DNA from: Octopus sinensis
Taxonomy: Eukaryota
Reading direction: 5' to 3'
Length of the DNA stretch: 64,000 bases
Assembly: GCF_006345805.1 (NCBI RefSeq)
Contig: NC_043013.1
Coordinates: 18,166,001-18,230,000, forward strand
Under the pieces are notes generated by a model. That model did no database searches. It was not told where the DNA came from and saw only the letters and a list, made by a program, of their open reading frames with translations. The position numbers were made by a program, and so were the translations under genes. Positions 24,944 to 38,730 of the stretch are shown one piece after another (positions within the stretch are counted from its first letter, which is position 1; the number at the start of each line of letters is the position of its first letter).

Positions 24944-25236
24944 GTGAAGGAACGTGGATGAATGGTTAGGGTATCCGGCTCACAGTCGTAAGGTCGTCAG
25001 TTCGATTACCGACGGCGCGTGATGGCCTTGAGCAAGACATTTTATTTCAGTCCACTCAGCTGGCAAAAATGAGTAGGGCTTGTATTTCAAAAGGTGCGAC
25101 ACGCTCAGTCTCCACGAGAACTACGTTAAGAGTACACTTAGTCTATGGGGTGCTCAGCCACTTTGCACGTTAATTTCACGAGCAGGCTGTTTCGTTGATC
25201 GGATCAACTGTAACACTTATCGTCGTATCCAACCAG
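24944..25236 (+). mobile_element. SINE family C
   Basis: Aligns with 46785-47105. Confidence 0.85.
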
Positions 25237-26102
25237 TTGTGTGTGTGTGTGTGTATACGTGCATACATGTATGTGTGTATATAAATTTGTGTGCGATTTG
25301 TTTTCTACTAAACCTTTCAATAACCTGCACTTTGCGCTTTAATACATATATTACATGCGTACACATCCGTGTTTGTTTGCGCGCGTGTATGTGTGTATGT
25401 CCGTTATGTATACACATACTACAAACAGATATCGCATAACATTGAATTATGCCACACAGGCATCCCATTTGTCTATCTGTCCGTCTGTCTGTCTCAGTGT
25501 GTGTGTGTGTATGTATGTGTGTTAGACTGGTTTATTACAGTATACTGCTGACATATATGACTTTACAATGAGGAAATGCCGTGCAGATTTGAATGTTCTA
25601 ATTTTTCACCTTGACTTTTTAAAAAAAGCGTTTCAAACAATGGTTAGGCGCAGTGCTACCATTTATACGCGGGCCGCAGAAATAGGGGTGGTGGTGGTAG
25701 CAGTCTTCATTTTCCATTTACATGTAAAACCTATCCCAGCATGTGACTTGCACTTTATTTTATCGTCTTTCAGAAATGCGAAGTTGACCTAGGTGGGGTT
25801 TGAACTCCTAAACCCAAACATTTAGCATAGTGCCGCCAGATTGATACCGTAAACTTCATATTTAATATATAAAAGTGCATATATGCTTTGAAGGAAAAGG
25901 TCAGAAAGTTACGTGACTTTTTCATTTGAAATCTGCTCCAAGAATATTATTGTATAACCTCAAACATTGCAATAACAGACAGTTACCAATAGGAAAAGGT
26001 ATTCTTTGAAAAAAAAACAACAAAAAAACTTCAAAGGATTCATTTAAAATATGTATATAAACCAACGCAGTATTTTGGAGCATGATTTCTTTCATAAAAA
26101 TA

Positions 26103-26405
<303 letters not shown>

Positions 26406-26573
26406 TAATTGTAGTATTTTATATATAAAAAGGGCGCAGAAAGGTGAGAAAAAAATTAAACAATGCTTCTACTGTATGTGTGTGCATCTTTATACATTCA
26501 GTGAACGCGGTTTTCTATACTTTGTCACAGCCCGCTTCCTTCCTCTTTAAGTGTGTCTGCACATATATATATA

Positions 26574-26633
<60 letters not shown>

Positions 26634-27089
26634 TAAATGCACGTGTCTGTAATTCTATTTTCTATGTATCTTTCTAAATAAACATACACAAACATATATA
26701 CACGCACTCAAATATATAAATATATTTTATACAAACACACACAAGCATTCACATTTCTCCCTTTTACACAAAGTTGAAGCGCTGTTTGATTTTTGTTTCA
26801 CCGTTGACTTTTCAACAATTCCACTTCCATCAGTGGATCACTCCTTCATTTCTCATTCATAAGTTGTGACGGAGAAATACACAAGAATATTATTATAGTA
26901 GAAGATACACGACACTCTCTTTGCTACTTCCTCTCTCTCTCATTGCTATTACTCTCACTACTTCTCCTTCACTGAATTACTATTTTCTCTCTTCTCCCTT
27001 CACCAACTGCGTGATTTGGAACAAATATATATATATACACACACACAAATATATAAAAACACTACGCTCATTATTAGATTAGGAGATTA

Positions 27090-27220
27090 AGACAGCGAGC
27101 TGGCAGAGTCGTTAGCATGCTGGACAAAATGCTTAGCAGCATTTCGTCCATCACTTTGTTCTGAGTTCAAATTCTGCAGAGGTTGACTTTGCCTTTCATC
27201 CTTTTGGGGTCAATGAATTA
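27090..27220 (+). mobile_element. SINE family B, 3'-truncated
   Basis: GCGAGCTGGCAGAGTCGTTAGC...GAGTTCAAATTC...TTTGCCTTTCATCC. Confidence 0.8.
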
Positions 27221-28069
27221 ACACCCCACGCTGTTCAACACAACTTAGTCAAGGCTAGGACATAAATTGATCACATAGGTCTATTTGATGACAGCTGGCC
27301 TGGAGCTAAATGACTTCAATTTTTTTTCTGTTTGACACCACCACAGGGTCCTTCGATGGTAGGTCTAACACCCCACCCTGTTTAATACACCACTATCAGC
27401 AGGAGTGTCTTACCTGTAGTTAATATAAAATTTGGAGTTGTGAAGTTTACAACTTTCACTTTTGTAATTAAATTTCTAAATTACATTTGGAATCGGTTTC
27501 TGGTTCCTTGGATTGACAGTTTTGTGCTGACCCACTATGCACTTAAAACAAGGAGCAATTGCTTTGTGTTACACCTCACAACAAAACAGAGCACCTGATA
27601 GGAAAACGTTAATGGACAACACATCTATACTCTACAGAATCCCTCAAATGATTAATGATGGAGGTAATACTAAATGATTAAAGAAATGATTAATGATGGA
27701 GGTAATACTAATAAAATAGCACAATGTTAAAATACACATAGAGACAATTATAAACTAATCACAATTAAAATAAACACCTGGTGGATGGCATTGATCTAAC
27801 AGTCACACCTTTCAAATTCTGTTGGCAATGCCTACACTGATCATATTGGCCTTAACTACTATAAAGAAGTGGCAGTACGCACCAACATCACTTCATCCAG
27901 GTGAGACCACCATGAAGGGTTAAAAAAGCATTGATAATGGATTTGGGAATTTTACTATTACAAATAAGCTACAGGCTATTCATTTTGGAATATCTTTCTT
28001 TATAAAGGAGATAAAGCTAGAACACAAGTTTTGCTTTCCATATAACGTTTAATAAAAAAGCTGTTCCCC

Positions 28070-28197
28070 ACATGTGTGTGCGTGTGCGTGCATGTATGTG
28101 TGTGTGCATGTGTGTGTGCATGTATGTGTGTGTGCATATATATGTATATCTATCTAGCTATCTATCTGTCTGTATATATATCTATATATCTATATCT

Positions 28198-28228
<31 letters not shown>

Positions 28229-28319
28229 CATACATACATATATATATACACATACATACATATATATATAGACATACAATATATATATATACACATATAT
28301 ATATATACACATACATAGA

Positions 28320-28350
<31 letters not shown>

Positions 28351-28477
28351 TACACATCATATATATATATATACACATATATATATATATACACATACAA
28401 TATATATATATATACACATATATATATATATACACATACATATATATATACACGTACATATATACATATATATATAT

Positions 28478-28509
<32 letters not shown>

Positions 28510-28576
28510 TACACATATAATATATATATATACACATACATATATATATATACACATACATTATATATACACATAC

Positions 28577-28660
<84 letters not shown>
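28070..28660. repeat. Compound (TG)/(TA)/(CA) microsatellite
   Basis: Directly visible. Confidence 0.95.
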
Positions 28661-28665
<5 letters not shown>

Positions 28666-29130
28666 TGTGTGTCTGAGGTTTTAAAGTTTCAACTTTCAAA
28701 CTGGTAATAATGCTGTTAGAATGTGTTGATGTATTATTAGTAATGCAAGGCTGAAGAAAACAGGATTTTCTGTGTGTGTGGTTGAATGGAGGTGAGGTAA
28801 CCTTTTAGCAAAGACACGTATGATAAAGTTTAACAAATAACATTGTTGTTATAGAGACTAGATTTATCTGGTTTTATTCTAAACAGTCATAAATAGTTAG
28901 TTTTATACACACACACACACACAGTGTCCATATACATAAAAGTACATATGTGTGTGTGTGCTTGCATGTGTGACTGTATACATACACATATACACAAACA
29001 TGGGCTAACATGTATACATACACACACACATCAATCGTCCATATGCCACTGTAGAAAGAGGTTAAATGATATGATGTGATGATTATGATACACACACACA
29101 CACACACATACATACATACATACATACATA

Positions 29131-29720
29131 CTAGCTGAGTAGCCTGTTGTTGTGAGGTAATTTCTCACAATAGAATGCTTTGGCGGCCTTTTGGAATAAC
29201 ATACCAACTAAGTATTTTGACGGGGGTTTTTGAAACTTTTTTTTTTATCACATGATGATGAGGGGAAGCTTTTTATGAAAAAAGAAATTTTGAAAATTTA
29301 TTTTTTTTGCACTATACACTTAAAAACAATGGGGTATGCCTTTCTGGTAACAAAAAAAATTTTAAAAAAAATTTTTAAACTTGAAAATTTATGAATTTTT
29401 TTCACACCTTCTCCCACTCAGTACCAATTTTGGCCAATATTCTTCTTTTTTTGTACTGCACACTTAAAAATGATAGGAGAAATCTTGAAGGTTAAAAAGA
29501 CAAAAAATTTGGGAAGTCAACAATCACAATTACAATCTCCACTTCCTTTTATTTTCAAACAGAAAATAAAACAATTTAAAAATAGTGAAATTACAAAAAA
29601 ATTTCCATTATCCCTGCCCACCCATAAATCCTAAAATTTGAGCTTTTTTTCAAAATTTTTTTGTATCATAATTTTAAAATATGGTCTGTCTGTATCTACA
29701 ATTTGTTTCTGTTTGTAATT
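29131..29720 (-). mobile_element. Degenerate AT-rich Helitron-like element
   Basis: Starts CTAGCTGAGTAGCC (CTAG end on minus) with a decayed hairpin; body of A/T runs; low certainty. Confidence 0.3.
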
Positions 29721-30094
29721 TCAAAATAATTTTCGGACGAAATGGTGTGTAATTTTAAGGGAGATTTAGCTGTTGTTTCTAGCACATCCCAAGACCATCT
29801 GGTACCTTCCTTGTTTCTTTGTCACTCTGTCATATATTAATGTTTTTCAATATTTTCTTCCCCATAAACACATTTTATGGAAAGATGATGCAGTGGTCCA
29901 TTGAGGGGACTTAAGCAACAACAAAAAAAAATTGTAAGTTAAATTTTTAACCCCTGCTCTGCATCAAGCAAGTCTGTGTGTGTGCGTGTGTGTAAGAAAA
30001 AAACATATGAGTGTACACATGAATTATATATATATATATATATTCATATGTATACTTTACATTTTGAGAATGGTGATGTAATAGCTTTTATATA

Positions 30095-30609
30095 TATTTC
30101 TTTACTACCCACAAGGGGCTAAACACAGAGGGGACAAACAAGGACAGACAAAGGGATTAAGTCGATTACATCGACCCCAGTGCATAACTGGTACTTAATT
30201 TATCGGCAAAGGCGGCGAGCTGGCAGAATCGTTAGCATGTCGGGTGAAATGCTTAGCGGTATTTCAGCTGCCGTTACGTTGTGAGTTCAAATTCCGCCGA
30301 GGTCGACTTTGCCTTTCATCCTTTCGGGGTCGATAAATTAAGTACCAGTTAAGCACTGGGGTTGATATAATCGACTTAATACCTATGTCTGTCCATGTTT
30401 GTCCTCTCTATGTTTAGCCCCTTGTGGGTAATAAAGAAATAGGTACTTAATTTATCGACCCCAGTGCATAACCGGTACTTAATTTATCGACCCCGAAAGG
30501 ATGAAAGGCAAAGTTGACCTCTGCGGAATTTGAACTCAGAATGTAACGACAGACGAAATACGGCTACGCATTTCGCCTGGCGTGCTAACGTTTCTGCCAG
30601 CTCACCACC
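30095..30609 (-). mobile_element. SINE family B host copy with internal 32-bp duplication and nested insertion
   Basis: Tail 30095-30205, head 30490-30609; ACCCCAGTGCATAACYGGTACTTAATTTATCG duplicated. Confidence 0.9.
30206..30441 (+). mobile_element. SINE family B nested in inverted orientation
   Basis: Full head-to-tail copy flanked by 16-bp TSD GGTACTTAATTTATCG (30190-30205, 30442-30457). Confidence 0.92.
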
Positions 30610-30892
30610 TTTATGTAATAGCTATTATATAACTAACAAGATTCTGAAACAGCTGCAAACGAACGGAATAAACATCTATTCTCTTAACCTCACTTCTCTC
30701 ATCCATTCTGTCCACCATTGTTTCTCCTGAATTTTCAGAACGACATGAAAGGCATAGCCTAACCGCAACCATCGTTGTCCTTGTTAGCCGTGCACTTTGC
30801 AGAGAGCTTAATGTGAGAACTGTTTGATTCTTTAAATCCCTATAAACTACTACTACCACTACTACTACTAGCACTACTACTACATCCTCCTC

Positions 30893-31110
30893 CACCTTTA
30901 ATGTCTGTTTTCCACGCTGGCATGGGTTGGACGATTTTACCAGAGCTGGCAAGCCAGAGAGCTACACCAGGTTCCAGTCAGATTTGGCTCGGTTTCTATG
31001 GCTGGGTGCCCTTTCTAATGCCAACCACTTTACAGTGTGTGCTGGGTGCTTTTAACATGGTACTGGCACAAATGCTTTTTATGTGGCACCAGCACAAGAC
31101 TCTTGCCAGC
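30893..31110 (-). mobile_element. RTE LINE 3' tail
   Basis: TTTAATGTCTGTTTTCCACGCTGGCATGGGTTGGACG... Confidence 0.8.
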
Positions 31111-31357
31111 CAATCCTCATCACCACATATATATATGTGTGTGTGTGTGTGTAAACATCAGGGCCATTACTGATTTGGATCTGCTAGGTCACATCTGCTC
31201 CTTTTCTAATCAATTTGATACCAGCTCATCTCTACTCCTAATCACTGTACCGTGTCAGCCATGAAATAAGAGGGAAATATTAGGTTTATTCATCCCCAAT
31301 CCCCTTCCCGCTATCTTCACTACCCGTATTTTTTTATCGCTTCTGTATCTCTCTAAA

Positions 31358-31640
31358 TCATCATCATCGTCATCATTGTTTAACGTCCGCTTTCCATGAT
31401 GGCATGGGTTGGATGAATGACTGAGGACTGGTGAACCAGATGGCTGCACCAGGCTCCAGTCTTGATCTGGCTGAGTTTCAACAGCTGGATGCCCTTCCTA
31501 ACGCCAACCACTCCGAGAGTGTAGTGGGTGCTTTTACGTGCCACCGGCACGGGGCCAGTCAGGCGGTACTGGCAACGACCTCGCTTGAATCTTTTACACA
31601 TGCCACCGGCACAGGTGCCAGTAAGGTGATGCTGGTAATG
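31358..31640 (-). mobile_element. RTE LINE 3' tail
   Basis: (ATC)n GTTTAACGTCCGCTTTCCATG...GTGGGTGCTTTTACGTGCCA. Confidence 0.9.
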
Positions 31641-31959
31641 AGCTAGGAAATTTAATAGGCATCATCATCATTACCATAATGTGAATGCTGTGTAACAAGT
31701 TAGTGACAAAAAAAAATATTATGATGTGAATCAGTGTATATCTTAATTTTTGTTCACTAATTATTTGTTAATTGATAACATGGGTTGTTGATTAGGTTAA
31801 TATTTCATTGACAACACTATAGTTTTGAATCACAGGCAATGCAAGAATGACACATTGTCAGTCCTTGATGGACAGCAGGAGCATTACCACTACCTCTAAC
31901 ACCACCACCACCGCCGCCGCCACTATCCCAAACAACAACAACAACAACTCTATAGTAAG

Positions 31960-32350
31960 AAATATGAGACTGTGTAGTCATGGAAATATGGACAGTTTAT
32001 ATAGAGAATAATGTGGCGTATATAAGATGTATGATAATGTATAGCAGTGGAACATGGATAGTGTATATAGAGGACTAAGTGTGATGTATATAAGATGTGA
32101 GAGACAGTATAACAGTGAAACATGGACAGGGTATATAGAGGACTATATACGGCAAATATAAGATGTATGATAAGACTCAGTAATGAAACAAGGACAGTGT
32201 TTATATAGGAGACTATATGTGGTGTATATAAGATATAAATGGGTATATAGTAATGAAATGAGTAGAGTATATATTAAGGACTATGATGCATAGTGAAACA
32301 AGGACAGTGTATATAATAAGGTCAGTATATAATAAGGACAGTGTATATAA
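31960..32350. repeat. Degenerate ~67-bp minisatellite, ~5 units
   Basis: GAAACA.GGACAGTGTATATAG anchors at 31983, 32049, 32117, 32185, 32255, 32295. Confidence 0.8.
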
Positions 32351-32613
32351 CAAGTTGCTTTTAGTTTGGTTAAAACCAGCTGAACATGAATGCTGTGAAA
32401 GTGTCTGTTGTTGTTTAGGCCGGAGTCATTCATGACCGAGCAAACAAATGATCGAAGCTATCCCCACCATAATAATCTTATCTTTTGTACATCTAGGACT
32501 ACATTGACCTTCTTTTTAACGGATTTGAGAAATAGCAAATCTTTTTTAAAAACTTTGCTATTTGTATAGGTTCCGTGATGATCACAAAAAAAAAAAAATC
32601 TATTGTATTTTCT

Positions 32614-32789
32614 GGCATAGGAGTGGCTGTGTGGTAAGTAGCTTGCTCACCAACCACATGGTTCTGGGTTCAGTCCCACTATGTGGCACCTTGGGCAAGT
32701 GTCTTCTACTATAGCCTCAGGCCGACCAAAGCCTTGTGAGTGGATTTGGTAGACGGAAACTGAAAGAAGCCCGTCGTATATATGTGTAT

Positions 32790-32832
<43 letters not shown>

Positions 32833-33072
32833 TACATATAAATATATATATGTATGTGTGTGTATATGTTAATGTGTCTGTGTTTGTCCCCCCCAACATC
32901 GCTTGACAACCGATGCTGGTGTGTTTACGTCCCCGTAACTTAGCTGTTCGGCAAATGAGACCAATAGAATAAGTACTAGGCTTGCAAAGAATAAGTCCTG
33001 GGGTCGATTTGCTCGACTAAAGGTGGTGCTCCAGCATGGCCACAGTCATATGACTGAAACAAGTTAAAGAGT
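32614..33072 (+). mobile_element. SINE family A, full length
   Basis: GGCATAGGAGTGGCTGTGTGG head through GACTGAAACAAG tail. Confidence 0.92.
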
Positions 33073-33444
33073 ATAAAAGTTGAATTTTTCAGACCAAAAT
33101 TTACAGTCAGAAAAGGTAGGTTGACTTGTATATACACTAAGGCAACTTTGGAGGACTAAAAATTCCCTGCAAAATTCAGTAGGATTTAGAAAGATAATGA
33201 TACTTGAATGTTTCCACTTCATGTTTACACTGTACACTATGTCAACTTCTTATGCTGCAAAATATGGTACTCCTTGGATATATAATTTTAAGGAATGTTG
33301 GTCAGAAGTTAGAGAAATTGACAGAGTCACTATATGAGCAGGAGGTATTTCTGTTGGGTCTTTGGTGGATCTTTAATTCAAATAAAGGGTTGATTCTGGG
33401 GGAAGAATTGCCTTTAATCGATGGGGGACATATGACTATGGTTG

Positions 33445-33810
33445 GAGACAAAGTGATGCCTTCGGACATGAAGGATGCGGCGTAGACAGAGGTGATCGAA
33501 GGATTCTAGTCGCTTAATATCTTCCACCCTCATCGGCCATGACTTGCTGCTGTAAAGGAGAATCGTTCGCACTAGTGCTTGGTAGATCCGTACTTTGGTG
33601 GTGCGTCGGATCTCAGATCTTGACCAGAGTCGTGCATTGGGTTGGTTGAAGGCTTGGCGAGGGAGATCGATTCGTGTTTTAATGTCAGTCTCACCTTGAC
33701 CTGTAGCTGTAATGATGGTGCCAAGGTATTTGAAACTCTCATTAGCCTCAAATCGCCAGGTCTGGTCAGCGTTTGTGAGAGATGCAGCATTGAGGATAAA
33801 TGAAGCTAGC
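33445..33810 (-). mobile_element. RTE-clade LINE reverse transcriptase C-terminal fragment (no ATG, absent from ORF track)
   Basis: Manual translation: ESFKYLGTIITATGQGETDIKTRIDLPRQAFNQPNARLWSRSEIRRTTKVRIYQALVRTILLYSSKSWPMRVEDIKRLESFDHLCLRRILHV. Confidence 0.85.
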
Positions 33811-34613
33811 TCAACCCACCCCGGGTGAATGCTGACTCAAGACAAGACAAGAAGACTATGGTTGAAGTAAATCAACCATAGTCATACACATATACACCTG
33901 AAGTGCATATGTGTATGGGTGTGGAGGGTGCTGTTTACACACGGAACAGGGTTGAGCTGGATATGGAAATGAAACTGAAACTAGGGAAAAGATGATGACT
34001 ATTACAATGATGCAGGTAGATAATAATAGTGGATGTGATGATGATGATTTGGTGGTTTGGTGGGATGGTGATTGTAATAGCAGGAATGTGATGATGATGA
34101 TGATAATGGTGATTGTCAAGATGATGATGATGATGGTAATGGTGATAGCGGCAACGGTAGTGGAAAGAACAGTAGTGATGTGATGATAATGCTGCTGATG
34201 ATGATATTAAATATGATTCTGATGAGACAGAATACAAGAAAATAGATTAAATTAGATTAAAAGACAAAACTACAAAAATTCCTGTAGATTTATAGACATT
34301 CAGAAGTCAGACATTGCTTCAGAGAGAAACTATTTCTGTTTAATCTAAATCTTTGTAATGGAGCCATTAGTCTGAGGGTGAAGACGGACAGGAATATAAT
34401 CTTTTATAATTGCTAATAAATAACAGTAATCTGGATAATCCAGAGAAGATTAGGAAGTCAGCAGCATGAAGTAATCACTGAACAATTGTTGAGACTAATC
34501 CGTCAACATGTTGTTTTGTATTGTTTTATTGTGGAATGTTATTTAAAGAAAGGTAGTTTGTGTGTGTGTGTGTGTGCATATATGTGAATGTGTATGTATA
34601 GAAATGTGTACAT

Positions 34614-34651
<38 letters not shown>

Positions 34652-34681
34652 ACACATGTATTTACTGTGAGTACAGTGGAC

Positions 34682-35570
34682 ATGCAAAGACTTGAGAGAA
34701 ATTAAGCTAGCATGCTCTGCTGGATGTGCAGCATCAGTTATACGTCATGTACGACAAAGTGTAAATGTGGCAAGAGAAATAATTGAATATAAGAGGCTTC
34801 AGATGTAGAGTGCAAAAGAGACAACTGTCATGTGATGGTCATGTGGATGAAGGCAGTTGCATAAAGGAGTGCCAATTGCTGAATGTGGATGGAACCTAGG
34901 GAAGAAAGAGACCCAACAAGATATGGGACAAACCGGTGAAAAGCGACTTCCAGATTTTGATCCTCACACAGGAGATGACAAAGGACCAAGATGATCAGCG
35001 ATTACCTGTGCTTGAGAAAACCTATCCAACCAAGCAAAAAGAAGCCCCAGGGGCATGTCATTTATGCCTACATCACTGCACACAATCGACCTTGACAAAT
35101 CTCTTCCCCCACAACTCATCTTCCTAATGGAACCCCTCCCTCCACCTGTATTCACCACTCATTGCATTCCCCTCTCCTGTCTCCCACTCTCCTTTCAATC
35201 TTGCAAACTTACTTGCCCACTCACCCTCTCCAATCCTCTCCACCTCTTCACACGTTTACTTTCCTCTCCTTTTAACTTGAGAGTTTGTCCCAACACATCC
35301 TCACCAGCATCTTTTCTCTCTCTCTCTCCCCTTCACTTTCTTTTCTCTGACTGGGGTAGCTATGTACCTCCTCAACTACAAGCACTTGGCACGAAGCCAT
35401 CTCCCTCAATACTACAACCTCACTTCAGTTGAGGAGTCTTGTCCTGCACGTTACTTGGTAACCTTGCTGGTGCTGGGGCCTTGTAAAAAAGCAACCAGTA
35501 CACTCTGTAAAGTGGTTGGTATTAGATAGGGCAACTGACCGTAGAAACCATGCCTAAGCAGACAGTAGAG
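34682..35570 (+). mobile_element. Degenerate 3' portion of an RTE LINE (ORF end plus 3'UTR)
   Basis: MQRLERN*ASMLCWMC matches ARNETSMLRWMC of the 61404-63711 copy; GRKRPNKIWD motif ~34900-34930; UTR ends in GTAAAAAAGCAACCAGTACACTCTG...GTGGTTGG. Confidence 0.7.
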
Positions 35571-35600
35571 TTTGACACAGTTCCTTGGCTTGCCAGCTCG

Positions 35601-35681
35601 TCAAGTGTCTTCTACTATAGCCTTGGGCTGACCAAAGCCTTGTGAGTGGATTTGGTAGACGGAAACTGAAAGAAGCCCGTC

Positions 35682-35729
<48 letters not shown>

Positions 35730-35926
35730 CTGTGTTTGTCCCCACAACATCGCTTGACAACCGGTGCTGGTGTGTTTACGTCCCCGTAACTTTGCGGTTC
35801 AGCAAAAGATACTGATAGAATAAGTACTAGGCTTACAAAGAATAAGTCCTGGAGTCGATTTGCTCGACTAAAGGTGGTGCTCCAGCATGGCCACAGTCAA
35901 ATGACTGAAACAAGTAAAAGAGTAAA
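35601..35926 (+). mobile_element. SINE family A, 5'-truncated
   Basis: Aligns with 32614-33072. Confidence 0.9.
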
Positions 35927-36244
35927 ATGTATTTATTTACACACACACCATTAGTGACATCATATATCATCAGTAGCATGTTTGTCCATACTGACATGAG
36001 TTGAACAGGTCATCATAGTCCAAGTCATTTGGTTTCAACAGCTGGATGGCCTCCCTGTTGCCAACCACTTCACAGAGTATATTGGGTTCAGTTTCTCATG
36101 ACCCAATGCTAGAGTGTTCAGCAATCTAAAATGTGTGCTGAATAGGAGGAAGAGCAAAGCATCAGAAGTGCATGTGTGTGTGTGTGTGTGTATGTATGTG
36201 TGTGTATTCATACATATGAATACATATAGCAACAATTATGCGAA

Positions 36245-36614
36245 TCTCTCTATATATATAAGCGGCAAAATGTCTGTCTGTGTGTGTGTCCTTTATACAA
36301 ATCCACAATTTTTCAGTTAGAGAGCTCGCACTTTCTATGGTCATTCAAAACTGTCCAAGGGTGGTCGTGCACATCTTTACATTTCCCCAGTAACCCCGCA
36401 AAGCCATTAAAAAATCAATAGAAGCAACTTTTTTGTGAATTTTCTATCCAAAACCCAATCAAAATGCCCGAAACTTGATACACCAATTGAATGCTAGCTA
36501 GCTGTATGTGATTGGTCAGAGGTTTGGACAGTACTCGCGTGTATGTGCACATGCACGCAGCTGTATATGCATGCACTAGCACTATGACCCAACGTTGCCG
36601 GGTCATAGTGCTAG
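36245..36614 (+). mobile_element. Non-autonomous Helitron-like element
   Basis: 5' TC (TCTCTCTATATATATAAGCGG), 3' CTAG, inserted between A(36244) and T(36615) without TSD; subterminal hairpin 36575-36615. Confidence 0.8.
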
Positions 36615-38250
36615 TAAACAAATAAAACTGCTTGGGTTTGATATACAAAATATATATATACACATGTACATGTACACAGAAAGAAAGCAAAGACTGAATA
36701 TTTTCAGATAATGAATAGTCAAGTCTAAATATATAGGTATTGATACATTAACATAGAAAACTTATCCAGCACAAATGACAGAGAAACTTCAAGGAGAGAA
36801 GGTATAATGTTACAAGTCTGAGAACTGTTTCTGGGGGCTCAGAGATCCTTCATAATATTGGTAGAAGTAGTTCACCAGAATATGCAACTAGTAATGGAAG
36901 CAAATAAACATTGGATGAACCCAGCCTCCATCTTCAGGGTAGGAAAACATTCTGACATTTCAGATCATTGCTTCCCAACCACATGGTTTTGGGTTCAGTA
37001 CCACTGCATGACACCTTGGGCAAGTGTCTTTTACCATAGCCTGGGCTGACCAAATCCTTATGAGTGGAGTTGGTAAACAGAAACTAAAAGAAGCCCATCA
37101 AATATATGTATGTTTGTATATGTGTCATTGTTTAGTTTTATTTCAAAATTTCTTGCCAAGAGAGAAAGAGCCAGTTTCTAACCTAGATCCAAGGCTCCTT
37201 CATTGGAATTTCAACATCAGCCACAGGGTATTTTTGTTTGTATGTATATATGTATGTATGTTCAGGTGCAGATTCGTATGTTTTATTTTATGTATGTATA
37301 CTCATGCATATAGTTGCATATCTAGACATGCTCATGTATATTTAAATGATAAATTTCTGGAAAGTTTTATAGATTTTTACAGTTCCAGTGATGGATTGGA
37401 TCTGTAGTCTTTGAATTAGCTTTCTCCTTTCTACTTTTTGAGAAGCCTAATTTCTCAAGATTGGTATTTAGGCAGTGTGTTACATATCCCATGGTCCCAA
37501 TAATTACAGGTATAAATCCGAACTTGTATTCTCTTTTTCACTGATCTTCAGCTTTATGTTAACATCTGCTGGGCAGCTAATTTCCACAACTGTACACAGT
37601 TTCTCTTCTCTATTCCAAATCATTATATCAGATCTGTTGTGCTTACATTTTATTGAAGTCTTCACTGGGACATTCCTCAAATACTCTTTTTATTATGAGT
37701 ACTTTTGGCTTCTACCATACTGTGGGTTCTTATTTCATTGTCCTCAGGGTTTTCCTTCTGATGGATTTCATTATAGAATGTTCTATCTACAACATAATGT
37801 CTCATCGGTAGACAATACTATAATGATATATTTGGACAATTGCTTATGACGTGGGCGATATCTTTGGTGTTAACTCCACAAAGTCTGCATCGGTTGTCAC
37901 ATTTTACAGATTTTCCTGCATTTCTATCCTTTTTGTGCATCAGGTATTTGGTTGATATTTCCTGTTCCTGGATTGCAAACGCATACCTTTCAAAGTGGGA
38001 GGTAGTAATCCAACTATTGGTCCATGATAAACTGCTTTGATGATCAATGTTACTATCATCTTGGAGCTTTCTACTAACATGCATAGTCTTCTGCTCATAT
38101 TCCTTTCATCTGATACGTTGTGGTAGAGTTCTGCGACTTCTTTGGGCATGTATTCTAGGTTATGTATATACGTATGCATGTATGTATACATATACATATA
38201 TATATATGTATATATACATATGTATATGTATGTGTGTGTGTGTGTGTATT

Positions 38251-38377
38251 TTATTTATCGACCCCGAAAAGATGAAAGGTAAAGTCGACCTCAGTGGAAT
38301 TTGAACTCAGAACATAATGACAGGCGAAATACAGCTAAGCATTTCGCCTGGCGCACTAACGTGTCTGCCAGCTCGTC
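38251..38377 (-). mobile_element. SINE family B head half
   Basis: Aligns with 14097-14327. Confidence 0.85.
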
Positions 38378-38399
38378 CTAATGCAAGCCATATGTGACA

Positions 38400-38730
38400 A
38401 ATTTGTCCCAGGGTACAAGGCCACATACACAAAAACAAGATTCCTAGGGAAAGGAAAATTCTTATGAGATGATGGACAAAGACTGTGAACTGCTTGAACA
38501 AGTACCTCAAAAGTGATAAGTCCTGCCCGAAGAGAGTACTGTTGGGGATTAAGGAAATCTGCATCAATCTCACAAAAATGAGAGGCAGATAAGGAGGGCT
38601 GAATTATAGAAAATATTAATCAAACCCTAAAGCTTTCTTTAACTTTGCCAAAGAAACAATCACAGTATACCACAAGATAGCTCCAAAAAGATGGCTCCCT
38701 CACAGGAAACCGAATGAGGGTAAGTGATAG
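38400..38730 (+). mobile_element. CR1/L2-like LINE fragment
   Basis: Translates to NPKAFFNFAK...DGSL-like segment typical of the inter-domain region of CR1-group ORF2. Confidence 0.45.

Noticed and set aside
30694-30775. Possible minus-strand exon MVAVRLCLSCRSENSGETMVDRMDER with GTGAGG donor
   Set aside because: Phase 1, no promoter context or compatible downstream exon found; such signals arise by chance
31960-32350. Repeat-spacer-like periodicity suggestive of CRISPR (also RTE UTR units)
   Set aside because: Eukaryotic context, no cas genes, spacers homologous to each other
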